This document shows, in pieces, positions 1-8,595 of a stretch of DNA of 62,182 bases (position 1 is its first letter; each line of letters opens with the position of its first letter). A model generated the notes under the pieces. That model was given only the letters and a program-made list of their open reading frames with translations. It was not told the DNA's origin and ran no database searches. The DNA is from an uncultured Candidatus Nemicrothrix sp. (GTDB lineage: Bacteria; Actinomycetota; Acidimicrobiia; Acidimicrobiales; MedAcidi-G1). Location: contig CAYWBE010000001.1 in the NCBI GenBank assembly GCA_964456295.1, positions 1 to 62,182 of the forward strand. Reading direction: 5' to 3'. A program made the translations under genes and the position numbers.

Positions 1-1
1 C

Positions 2-1387
2 GGCATCAAGGGCGGCGCGGCGGGCGGCGGCTACAGCCAGGTCGTCCCCATGGAGTTGTTCAACCTCCACCTGACCGGCGACATGCACGCGGTGACCGCG
101 GCGCACAACATGTGCTCGGCCATGCTCGACGCCCACCTGTTCCACGGCAACGAGTTGGGCCTGGACCTCCACAACATCACGTGGCGCCGGGTCATGGACA
201 TCAACGAGCGGGCGCTGCGAAACATCGTGGTCGGCCTCGGCGGCCGCCTCGACGGCGTGCCGCGGGAGACCGGCTTCGACATCACCGCGGCGTCCGAGGT
301 CATGGCCGCCCTGGCCCTGTGCACCTCGCTGGCCGACCTGCGGGTCCGGATGGGTCGGATCGTCGTGGGCTACGACAAGGCCGGTACCCCGGTGACCGCC
401 GAGGACCTCGGCGTCGCGGGCTCGATGACCGTCATCCTCAAGGAGGCCATCAAGCCGAACCTCATGCAGACCCTGGAGGGCACCCCGGCCCTCGTGCACT
501 GCGGCCCGTTCGGCAACATCGCCACCGGCAACTCGTCGATCATCGCCGACCAGATCGGCATCCACACCGGCGACTACCTCCTCACCGAGGCCGGCTTCGG
601 CGCCGACATGGGCGCCGAGCGCTTCTTCAACATCAAGTGCCGCTACTCGGGCATCGCCCCGGACGCCGCCGTGCTGGTGGCCACCGTGCGCGGCCTCAAG
701 GCCCACTCCGGCAACCACAAGATCGTGGCCGGCCGGCCACTCCCCGAGGCGCTGCTGGCCGAGAACCCCGACGAGGTCCACCAGGGTGGCGACAACCTCC
801 GCAAGCAGCTGGAGAACATGCAGGTCCACGGGGTGTCCCCGGTGGTGGCCATCAACGTGTTCCCCGGCGACCACGACGGCGATATCGCGGCCATCAAGGA
901 GATCGCCGACGAGTTCAACGCCCGCTCGGCGGTCACCACCCACTTCGCCGACGGGGGCTCCGGTGCCACCGAACTGGCCGAGGCGGTCGCCGAGGCGGCC
1001 GACGAGCCCAGCGAGTTCCAGGTGCTCTACCCCGACGAGATGTCGCTGCGGGACAAGATCCGAACGGTGGCCGACAAGGTCTACGGGGCCGACGGCGTGG
1101 ACTTCTCCCCGCAGGCCAACAAGCAGATCGACTCCTACGAGGCCAACGGCTTCGGCGACCTGCCGGTGTGCATCGCCAAGACCCACCTGTCCATCAGCTC
1201 GAACGCGGCCCTGAAGGGCGCACCGACCGGTTGGACGCTGCCCGTCCGCGAGGTACGGGCCTCGGTGGGCGCCGGGTTCGTGTACCCCATCTGCGGCGAC
1301 ATGCGCACCATGCCGGGACTGGGTGCCCAGCCGGGCGCCATGGGCATCGACATCGACGAGAACGGCGAGATCGTCGGCCTGAGCTGA
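2..1387 (+). CDS. fhs: formate--tetrahydrofolate ligase (10-formyl-THF synthetase), 5' end cut by window edge
   Basis: Translation from nt 2 reads GIKGGAAGGGYSQVVPMELFNLHLTGDMHAVTAAHN..., the canonical FTHFS core. It is in the same frame as track ORF 50..1387. Stop TGA at 1385-1387. Confidence 0.93.
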   Translation, partial: GIKGGAAGGGYSQVVPMELFNLHLTGDMHAVTAAHNMCSAMLDAHLFHGNELGLDLHNITWRRVMDINERALRNIVVGLGGRLDGVPRETGFDITAASEVMAALALCTSLADLRVRMGRIVVGYDKAGTPVTAEDLGVAGSMTVILKEAIKPNLMQTLEGTPALVHCGPFGNIATGNSSIIADQIGIHTGDYLLTEAGFGADMGAERFFNIKCRYSGIAPDAAVLVATVRGLKAHSGNHKIVAGRPLPEALLAENPDEVHQGGDNLRKQLENMQVHGVSPVVAINVFPGDHDGDIAAIKEIADEFNARSAVTTHFADGGSGATELAEAVAEAADEPSEFQVLYPDEMSLRDKIRTVADKVYGADGVDFSPQANKQIDSYEANGFGDLPVCIAKTHLSISSNAALKGAPTGWTLPVREVRASVGAGFVYPICGDMRTMPGLGAQPGAMGIDIDENGEIVGLS

Positions 1388-1392
1388 GCCAT

Positions 1393-1416
1393 CTCCCGGT
1401 CGATACCGACCGGGAG
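1393..1416 (+). terminator. perfect 10-bp stem / 4-nt loop hairpin directly after the fhs stop
   Basis: ctcccggtcg-atac-cgaccgggag. A second, weaker stem (gggtcgg/ccgaccc) follows. There is no T-tract, so it may be an attenuator or mRNA-stability element rather than a strong terminator. Confidence 0.35.
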
Positions 1417-1471
1417 CACAAGACAACCCGGGTCGGGACGCCGACCCCCGGAACACCAGGAGGGCGGCAAC

Positions 1472-2332
1472 GTGGCCACCCGACCCCGAACCGACCGGTC
1501 CGTCCAGCGTCGCCTGCTCGAGGGCATGACCTACGAGCTCATCCCGCTGAAGAACCTGGCCGACCAGAGCGCCCACCTCCCGGACGGCGCCACCGTGTCG
1601 GTGACCTGCTCGCCGGCCAAGACCATCGACGACACCTTCGACCTGTGCGCCGGGTACGCGGACAAGGGGTTCACCGTCATCCCCCACCTGGCGGCCCGCA
1701 TGGTCGAGGGCGAGGAGCACGTCGACCGGATCGTCCAGCGGGTCCGGGACATCGGCATCCGGCGGGTGTTCTGCATCGGTGGCGACGCCGAGCCCCGGGG
1801 TCCGTTCACCGATGCCGCAGGGTTCCTCCGATCCTTCCTGGACCGGCGACCCGAGATCGACGTGGTGGGGATCGGCTCCTACCCCGACGGCCACGCGACC
1901 ATTCCCGACCAGGCGCTGGTCGATGCGCTGGTCGAGAAGCAGGAACTGATCCGGGAAGCCGGACTGGAGGGCTACATGGCCACCCAGATGTGCTTCGACC
2001 CCCAGACCATCGGCGACTGGCTGGCCGGACGTCGGGCGGCCGGCGTGGACCTGCCCTGCCACCTCGGAGTACCCGGTGCCGTGGACCGCACCAGGCTGCT
2101 GACCATCTCGGTCCGCCTGGGCATCGGCCACTCGGCCCGGTACCTCAAGAAGAACCGGGCCTCGGTGATCCGCCTGCTGTCACCCGGCGGCTACAACCCC
2201 AACAGGTTGATCGCCCCCCTGTCGGGCCGGGCCAACGAGCTGGACATCGCCGGGATCCACTGCTTCACCTTCAACGCGGTGGACACCACCGAGGACTGGC
2301 GCCTCAGGTCGCTGAAGAAGCTGGCCGGCTGA
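1472..2332 (+). CDS. methylenetetrahydrofolate reductase-like protein (MetF family)
   Basis: 286 aa. YELIPLKN...VSVTCSPAK...VIPHLAAR...RVFCIGGD matches the MTHFR TIM-barrel pattern. GTG start is preceded by caggaggg. Confidence 0.72.
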   Translation: MATRPRTDRSVQRRLLEGMTYELIPLKNLADQSAHLPDGATVSVTCSPAKTIDDTFDLCAGYADKGFTVIPHLAARMVEGEEHVDRIVQRVRDIGIRRVFCIGGDAEPRGPFTDAAGFLRSFLDRRPEIDVVGIGSYPDGHATIPDQALVDALVEKQELIREAGLEGYMATQMCFDPQTIGDWLAGRRAAGVDLPCHLGVPGAVDRTRLLTISVRLGIGHSARYLKKNRASVIRLLSPGGYNPNRLIAPLSGRANELDIAGIHCFTFNAVDTTEDWRLRSLKKLAG

Positions 2333-2433
2333 CCCGACCCGCATGACCCGTCCCGGACCCGGGAGGCGGCCGCGCCGGTCGACCGGGGTGTGGACGTTGG
2401 CCCGGTGGGCCGCCGTCGGGCAGGATCGACGAC

Positions 2434-4608
2434 GTGTCGTCGACTCCCGTCAGGCAACCCAGCAGGCAACCGGCCCCGCATCCCCACCTGCTGTCCCCGA
2501 TCCGGGTGGGGCCGCTGGACCTGCCGAACCGGATCGTCCTCCCGGCCATGGACCAGAACGTCTGCGACGACGGGCTGATCACCGACCTGCTCATCACCCA
2601 CTACGCCGAGCGGGCCCGGGGCGGCGCCGGCCTCCTGGTGCTGGAGACCTCGGCGGTGGCCTTCCCCCACGGAGCCACGGCCCGCCACCAGCCGGCCCTG
2701 TCCCACGACGGGGTGATCGACGGGCTACGCCGCCTGGGCGAGGCCGTCCATGCCCACGGGGCAAGGATCGTCGTCCAGGCCAACCACCACGGTCGGATCT
2801 CCGGGGTGGACACCGCCGAGGACCGGCCCAGCCTGGTGCCCAGCCTTCCGCTGCCCGACGCCGACCCCATGGCCATCATGCGCGACACGACCATGGACGA
2901 GTTGTTGGCCATGGCCACCCTGACCGGCGGGAAGATGCCCACCTACGCCGAGGCCACCACCGACGACCTCGCCTGGGTGGTCGACCAGTTCGCCGATGCG
3001 GCGTCACGGGTACAACGGGCCGGCCTGGACGGCATCGAGGTACACGCCGGACACGGCTACCTCATCGACACGTTCCTCTCGCCGGCCTGGAACCGTCGTA
3101 CCGACGACTACGGAGGCACCGACGAGGGCCGGGGCCGGCTCCTGGTCGAGGTGGTGACGGCCATACGGGACCGGTGTGGCCCGGACTTCGCGCTGCTGGT
3201 CCGACTGAACGGACGCGACGACGCCCTGGAAGATGGCATCACCCCGGACCTGGCTGCCCGGTACGCGGCGATGGCCGCCGATGCAGGGGCCGATGCCATC
3301 CACGTGACCGCCTACTCGTCGGTCACCGGCGGTCCGGGGTTCACCGAGGGGCCGCTGCCGTGGCGTGACTGCCAGTACGAGGACCTGGCCCGCACCGTGA
3401 AGGCCGCCGTCGACGTACCGGTCATCGCCGTGGGTCGCATCCGTCCCGACGACGCCGAGCGGATCCTGGCCGACGGTGGCGCCGACCTGGTGGCCATGGG
3501 GCGCCAACTGCTGGCCGACCCCGACCTTCCCAACCGCCTGGCCGAGGGGCGCCCCGACCTGGTGCGGCCGTGCATCAACTGCTTCGTGTGCGTGGCCCAG
3601 AACTTCTGGTCGGCGGCACCGGTGTGCGCGGTGAACGCCCGCCTGGGCCATCAGGGCGAACCCGAACCGTCCCCCGCCGAGGTACCGGGCCACGTGGTAG
3701 TGGTCGGAGGCGGCCCCGGTGGAATGGAGGCGGCCCGGGTGGCCGCGGAGCGGGGCCACCGGGTGACCCTGCTGGAAAAGGCCCACCACCTGGGCGGGAC
3801 GGCCCGCTTCTCGTCGTTGACCACGCCGCTGAACGGCGACCTGGTCCGCTGGCTGGCCACCGCCATGACCGAAGCCGGGGTCGACGTCCGAACCGGGACC
3901 ACCGCCACCCCGGCCATGGTGGCCGCCCTGCGGCCCGATGCCGTGGTGGTGGCCACCGGCGCGATACGGGCACGGCCCGACGTGCCGGGTGCGGACCTCG
4001 GCCACGTGCTGTCGGGCGACGACCTGCGGAACCTGCTGACCGGTGACGGCGACCTCGGGGCCCGTCGCCCCGGCTTCGTGGTGCGTATCGCCCTGTCCGT
4101 CGGCCGACTGCTGGGCATCACCACCGACCTGGCCCGGGTCCGATCGCTGTCCCGTAGGTGGATGCCCCTCGGCCGTCGGGTCGTGGTGGTCGGTGGCGGC
4201 CTGGTGGGCACCGAGCTGGCCGAATTCCTGGCCGAACGGGGACGCACCGTCACCGTGCTGGAGGACGGGGAGTACCTGGCCACCGAGATGGCCCACCCCC
4301 GACGCTGGCGGGCCCTCCACGAGGCACGGAGCCACGGTGTGGACTTCCGGACCGGCACCCGGCTGGTCGCGGTGACCGCCGACGAGGTGGTGGCGGCCAC
4401 CACCGACGACGACGGGAACCCGGTCGAGGAGCGGTTCGCCGCCGACGCCGTGCTGCTGGCCGGCGGGGTGGTACCCGACCCCTCGCTGGCCGACGCCATC
4501 AGCGCCGTGCTCGACGGCGTCGACGTCCACGTGGTGGGTGATGCCGGGTCCGTCGGCTACATCGAGGGTGCGGTGCGCTCCGGCCACGCCGTGGCCCGCG
4601 ACCTGTAG
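2434..4608 (+). CDS. OYE-type FMN oxidoreductase fused to a 4Fe-4S site and an FAD/NAD(P)-binding domain (2,4-dienoyl-CoA reductase / NADH oxidase / amine dehydrogenase architecture)
   Basis: 724 aa. N-terminal OYE pattern (PNRIVLPAMDQ..., YAERARGGAGLLVLE, HAGHGYLIDTFLSP). C-x2-C-x2-C-x11-C motif (CINCFVCVAQNFWSAAPVC). Two GxGxxG Rossmann motifs (VVVGGGPGG, VVVGGGLVG). Confidence 0.85.
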   Translation: MSSTPVRQPSRQPAPHPHLLSPIRVGPLDLPNRIVLPAMDQNVCDDGLITDLLITHYAERARGGAGLLVLETSAVAFPHGATARHQPALSHDGVIDGLRRLGEAVHAHGARIVVQANHHGRISGVDTAEDRPSLVPSLPLPDADPMAIMRDTTMDELLAMATLTGGKMPTYAEATTDDLAWVVDQFADAASRVQRAGLDGIEVHAGHGYLIDTFLSPAWNRRTDDYGGTDEGRGRLLVEVVTAIRDRCGPDFALLVRLNGRDDALEDGITPDLAARYAAMAADAGADAIHVTAYSSVTGGPGFTEGPLPWRDCQYEDLARTVKAAVDVPVIAVGRIRPDDAERILADGGADLVAMGRQLLADPDLPNRLAEGRPDLVRPCINCFVCVAQNFWSAAPVCAVNARLGHQGEPEPSPAEVPGHVVVVGGGPGGMEAARVAAERGHRVTLLEKAHHLGGTARFSSLTTPLNGDLVRWLATAMTEAGVDVRTGTTATPAMVAALRPDAVVVATGAIRARPDVPGADLGHVLSGDDLRNLLTGDGDLGARRPGFVVRIALSVGRLLGITTDLARVRSLSRRWMPLGRRVVVVGGGLVGTELAEFLAERGRTVTVLEDGEYLATEMAHPRRWRALHEARSHGVDFRTGTRLVAVTADEVVAATTDDDGNPVEERFAADAVLLAGGVVPDPSLADAISAVLDGVDVHVVGDAGSVGYIEGAVRSGHAVARDL

Positions 4609-4700
4609 CCACCCGACCTGAACCCACCCGACCAGGCGGGCCCAGGCTCCCGCACCGCCCGCTTCGGGGCAGCCACCGGACCCTCGGTAGCGTCCGCGCC

Positions 4701-5939
4701 ATGACCGAACCGTCGGCCGTCGACGCCCCGTCGTGGAACCCCTTCGACCCGGCGTTCCTGACCGACCCCTACCCCACCTACGCCCGGCTCCGTGACGAGG
4801 ACCCGGTCCACCGCAACGCCCTGGGGATCCTGATCGTCAGCCGCTACGACGACACCCACCAGGTGCTGCGCGACCCCCACACCTCGGTGAAGCGGTTCGA
4901 GTCGTCGATCGACCTGCCCGAGCACATGCTGCGGCTCCGTAACCGGGGTGCGGACCGCCCACCGTCGATCCTGGCGCTGGACCCCCCGGACCACACCCGG
5001 CTCCGCAAGCTGGTCCAGCGCACGTTCACCCCCCGGTCCATCGCCCGCATGCGGGACCGCACCACGACCATCGTGGACGACCTGCTCGACGACCTGGCCG
5101 GCCGGGACGGCGACGACCCCATCGACCTGATCGCCGACTACGCCTTCGTCATCCCGTTCGCAGTGATCCACGACATGCTCGGCCTGCCCGACGCCGACGT
5201 GGAACGGGTGCGGGCCTGGTCGCACGCCATGACCCAGACCCTGGAGCCCTACCTCACCCCCGAGCAGGTCGACGCGGCCATCGCCGGCGGCGACCACATG
5301 GATTCCTACCTGCGGAACGCCATCGCCTGGAAGCGCCGCGAACCGGCCGACGACCTGCTCTCCGACCTGGTCGCCGTGGAGGCCGACGGCGACCGGATGG
5401 ACGCCGACGAACTGCTGGCCATGACCAACCTGCTCTTCGTGGCCGGCCACGAGACGACCGTGAACCTGATCGGCAACGGCACCCACGCACTGCTCCGCCA
5501 CCCCGACCAGCTGTCCCAGGTACGCAACGACGAGTCGGTGGACGACACGGTGGCCGACGAGCTGCTGCGCTACGACAGCCCGGTCCAGACCTCGGGTCGG
5601 CGGATGATGCACGACGTGGAGGTGGGCGGCGTCGAGGTGCCGGCCGGCGAGATGGTGCTGACCGCCCTGGGAAGTGCCAACCGCGACCCCCGCTTCTGGG
5701 GCGACACCGCCGACCAGTTGGACGTGACCCGGGCCGACGCCAACCGGCACGTGTCGTTCGGCAGCGGCGTCCACCACTGCCTGGGCGCCGCGCTGGCCCG
5801 CATGGAAGGCGAGATCGCGGTGACCCGGCTGGTCCGACGCTTCCCCGACCTTGCCCTGGCCGCCGAGCCCACCTACAACGCCCGGATCATCCTCCGGGGA
5901 CGCGAGGCCATGCCGGTCACCCTGGGCCGGGCTGCCTGA
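4701..5939 (+). CDS. cytochrome P450 (no. 1)
   Basis: 412 aa. I-helix VAGHETT, EXXR DELLRY, heme-Cys loop FGSGVHHCLG. A TAGCGT -10-like hexamer lies 7 nt before the ATG (leaderless type). Confidence 0.92.
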   Translation: MTEPSAVDAPSWNPFDPAFLTDPYPTYARLRDEDPVHRNALGILIVSRYDDTHQVLRDPHTSVKRFESSIDLPEHMLRLRNRGADRPPSILALDPPDHTRLRKLVQRTFTPRSIARMRDRTTTIVDDLLDDLAGRDGDDPIDLIADYAFVIPFAVIHDMLGLPDADVERVRAWSHAMTQTLEPYLTPEQVDAAIAGGDHMDSYLRNAIAWKRREPADDLLSDLVAVEADGDRMDADELLAMTNLLFVAGHETTVNLIGNGTHALLRHPDQLSQVRNDESVDDTVADELLRYDSPVQTSGRRMMHDVEVGGVEVPAGEMVLTALGSANRDPRFWGDTADQLDVTRADANRHVSFGSGVHHCLGAALARMEGEIAVTRLVRRFPDLALAAEPTYNARIILRGREAMPVTLGRAA

Positions 5940-7350
5940 CCCGCCCGGGACACGTCACGGCACAGAACAGGGCACCGGCGGCGAAGATGGCCGACAGGAG
6001 CGTCCACACCCGGTGGTGGGCAGCCAACGGTCCGAGGTGGCGGGCCCCGGAGAACACGGCGATGGCGACGGCGACGCCCGATGCGAAGCCGATCGAACTC
6101 AACGTCCGCAACGTGGCCCCGGCCGTGGCGAAGCGGGCCGGTGGTACGTCCCGCAGGCCGAGGGAGGCATAGGTGGCGAACGAGCAGGCCACCCCCACCC
6201 CGAGGAACAGGTGGGCGGGCAGGATCGTGGTGGCCCACGAGGACTCCATGGTGACCGTGGACCGCAGCCACAGCCCGTTGACCGACGACATCAGGGCGCC
6301 AAATACCAGGATGTTGCGGTGGCCCACCCGGTCCACGATCGCCCCGACCGGTCCGCCGAGGACCGCCGAGAGCGCCGGCCCGACGACCACCCCGAAGCCG
6401 GCGGCCAGCACCGACCACCCCCAGAGTTCCTGGAGGGTGAGGGTGTGGAAGAGGATGGAGGCGATGAAGGCCGTGACGAAGAACACCTGGCCCACCCCGG
6501 CCGACCAGAACGACCGGATGCGGAACAGCGACAGGTCCAGCAGGGGACTGGGGTGGCGGGCCGACCGCACCAGCAGGAGGCCGACCAGCACCAGGCCGGC
6601 GACCGCCGAGGCCACGGTGGCGCCCGAGGTGTAGCCCCACTGCGCGCCCTGGACCACGGCCAGCAGGACGAGGGCCACCCCGCAGGTCCCGGCCGGCACG
6701 CCGACCATGTCGAAGCCGCCCCGGGCGTCCGGGTCACGGGACTCCCGGACGAACCGGGGCGTGGTCGCCAGGATCATCGCCCCGACGGGAACGTTCACGA
6801 AGAACACCCACCGCCAGGAGAGTGCGTCGATCAGCAGCGCCCCCATGGTCGGTCCGATGGCCGCGCCGAGGGCCGCCGAGGCCCCCCACACGGCGATGAC
6901 CAGCGACCGCCGCGACGCCGGAAACTCGGGGAGGATCATGGCCAGCGACGACGGCCCGAGGATCGACGCACCGACGCCCTGGACGATCCGGGCACCGATG
7001 AGGAGGCCCGTGGTGGTGGCCAGCCCCGACAGCAGCGAGCCGAACACGAACACCGCCACGCCGATCAGGAACAGGCGGCGGCGCCCCTTCTGGTCGGCCA
7101 GGCGGCCGGCCAGCAGCAGGAACGCACCCGAGGCGATCGAGTAGCCCGAGAGCACCCACGACAGGCCGGCTGCACTGGATCCGAGGTCCCGTCGCATGGA
7201 CGGGAAGGCCACGTTGACGATGGAGATGTCGATGGTGGTCAGCAGGGCAGCCAGCGTGGACACCGCCAGGGCGATCCAGGCCCGCCGTTCGACCACTTCG
7301 TCTCCGGCTCCGCCCGTCGGCGCCGGGATGGCCCCCGTCTCCCTGTCCAT
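5917..7350 (-). CDS. MFS transporter, DHA2 (EmrB/QacA-like, 14-TMS) family
   Basis: 477 aa and highly hydrophobic. Motifs LLAGRLADQKGRRRLFLIG and WRWVFFVNVPVG are typical of DHA2. It overlaps P450 no. 1 convergently by 23 nt. Confidence 0.85.
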   Translation of the reverse strand: MDRETGAIPAPTGGAGDEVVERRAWIALAVSTLAALLTTIDISIVNVAFPSMRRDLGSSAAGLSWVLSGYSIASGAFLLLAGRLADQKGRRRLFLIGVAVFVFGSLLSGLATTTGLLIGARIVQGVGASILGPSSLAMILPEFPASRRSLVIAVWGASAALGAAIGPTMGALLIDALSWRWVFFVNVPVGAMILATTPRFVRESRDPDARGGFDMVGVPAGTCGVALVLLAVVQGAQWGYTSGATVASAVAGLVLVGLLLVRSARHPSPLLDLSLFRIRSFWSAGVGQVFFVTAFIASILFHTLTLQELWGWSVLAAGFGVVVGPALSAVLGGPVGAIVDRVGHRNILVFGALMSSVNGLWLRSTVTMESSWATTILPAHLFLGVGVACSFATYASLGLRDVPPARFATAGATLRTLSSIGFASGVAVAIAVFSGARHLGPLAAHHRVWTLLSAIFAAGALFCAVTCPGRVRQPGPG

Positions 7351-7360
7351 CGGGGCGACG

Positions 7361-8194
7361 CTAGGGGTGGGGCACCCTCATGGCGTACTCGGCCACCGTG
7401 CAGCCCACGGCGAAGATGGGGATCGGGGCGTAGAACCGCACCGTCCCCTCTGCGCCACCCGCCGCCGCGCTCACCGTGAGGAAGGTCCGGATCTCGAAGC
7501 CCCCCTGGCCGGCGTCGGCGTAGACCCGTGCGTCGTCGTAGTCGAGGAGGGCGTCGCGGTCGTTGCGGCACCAACGGTCCAGGAAGTCCCGGTCCCACGC
7601 CTCGTTGATCTTCCCGGAGTCCGGGGTGGCCGGCCAGTGGGAGATGCCCCCGGTTCCCACCAGGGCGATGCGCTCGGGCACCGAGTCGGCGGCCCTCCTG
7701 AGCGCCTCGCCGAACGTCCACGCCCGGTGCAACGGCGTGAGCGGCGGGCCCTGGCAGTTCACGTTGACCGGCACGACCGGGAGGTCGAACCGGGGGGTCA
7801 GGAAGTGGAGGGGTACGGCGATGCCGTGGTCGAACAGCCACTCCTCGGCATAGGCCACGTCCACGGTCTGCATGACCTCGGCGACCAGGCGCTGGGACAG
7901 GTCGCGGTTCCCCGGGGCGCGGAACTTCGGGATCCTCAGCCAGTCCGGATCCTCGATGGGGCCGTCGTAGTGGTCGGCCATGCCCATGGCGAAGGCCGGC
8001 ATGTTGTCCATGAAGAAGTTGGCGAAGTGTTCGGCGGCCACCACCACCAACGCCTCGGCCCCCGAGGCCTCGATGGCGGTCCGCATCGAGTCGAGGGCCT
8101 CGACGAAGGCACCACGAACCTCCGGGTCGGCCTGGTCGGCCCGGCCGGTGATGCCCGGGGCGTGGCTGCACACGCCGGCGTAGACGAGTGGCAC
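7361..8194 (-). CDS. class III extradiol ring-cleavage dioxygenase, catalytic LigB-type subunit
   Basis: 277 aa. N-terminus MPLVYAGVCSHAPGITG, plus AAEHFANFF and GTGGISHW, which are LigB/HpcB-family histidine motifs. GTG start. Confidence 0.85.
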   Translation of the reverse strand: MPLVYAGVCSHAPGITGRADQADPEVRGAFVEALDSMRTAIEASGAEALVVVAAEHFANFFMDNMPAFAMGMADHYDGPIEDPDWLRIPKFRAPGNRDLSQRLVAEVMQTVDVAYAEEWLFDHGIAVPLHFLTPRFDLPVVPVNVNCQGPPLTPLHRAWTFGEALRRAADSVPERIALVGTGGISHWPATPDSGKINEAWDRDFLDRWCRNDRDALLDYDDARVYADAGQGGFEIRTFLTVSAAAGGAEGTVRFYAPIPIFAVGCTVAEYAMRVPHP

Positions 8195-8195
8195 G

Positions 8196-8591
8196 TCAGG
8201 CCCCCGCGTCCCCGCCGCCGGTTCCGTCGGTCCCGCCGCCGCGGTAGCCCAGCTCGACGTCGTGGGCGTCCACGCCCTGATAGCCGGTCATGGCGTACAC
8301 GCCCTCGCGCACCGGGCCGTGTTCGGCGATGCCGTCGCGCATCTGCTGGAGGTAGTCGGCCCACTCGATGCCGTGGAAGGCGGCGAAGTGCATGAGGATC
8401 TGCCCGTTCACGCCCAGGTGGAACAGGTACCCGACGTCGGGGCCAACCAGGGCGGCCACCTCGTCGTCGACCAGGTCGTCGGCCCGGTCGAAACCCGCCA
8501 CGGCCGCCGCCCGGTCGTCCCGGTAGCGGTCCTGGAGTTCAGAACTCCGGTTCAGCTGGTACAGGAACTTCTGGACGGCGTAGAGGCTCAC
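8196..8591 (-). CDS. LigA-type small subunit of the aromatic ring-opening dioxygenase
   Basis: SLYAVQKFLYQLNRSSELQDRYRDDRAA...LHFAAFHGI resembles protocatechuate 4,5-dioxygenase alpha chains. I place the start at the in-frame GTG at 8591, behind a GGAG and 4 nt after the upstream stop. The longer track ORF (to 8684) would overlap the ALDH gene. Confidence 0.7.
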   Translation of the reverse strand: MSLYAVQKFLYQLNRSSELQDRYRDDRAAAVAGFDRADDLVDDEVAALVGPDVGYLFHLGVNGQILMHFAAFHGIEWADYLQQMRDGIAEHGPVREGVYAMTGYQGVDAHDVELGYRGGGTDGTGGGDAGA

Positions 8592-8595
8592 CGGC

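Noticed and set aside
112-2346. 744-aa ORF on the plus strand spanning fhs and the MTHFR-like gene
   Set aside because: Its Arg/Pro/Gly-rich, low-complexity translation lies in an alternative frame of two genes with clear family signatures. This is a typical shadow ORF of very high GC3 DNA.
3004-4587. 527-aa minus-strand ORF (and several others) antisense to the OYE/FAD flavoenzyme gene
   Set aside because: It has no recognisable motifs and a biased Gly/Arg/Pro/His composition, and it lies entirely inside a well-supported gene on the opposite strand.
5851-7479. 542-aa plus-strand ORF antisense to the MFS transporter gene
   Set aside because: It is extremely Arg/Gly/Pro/Asp-rich with no hydrophobic core, while the minus-strand frame encodes a textbook 14-TMS transporter.
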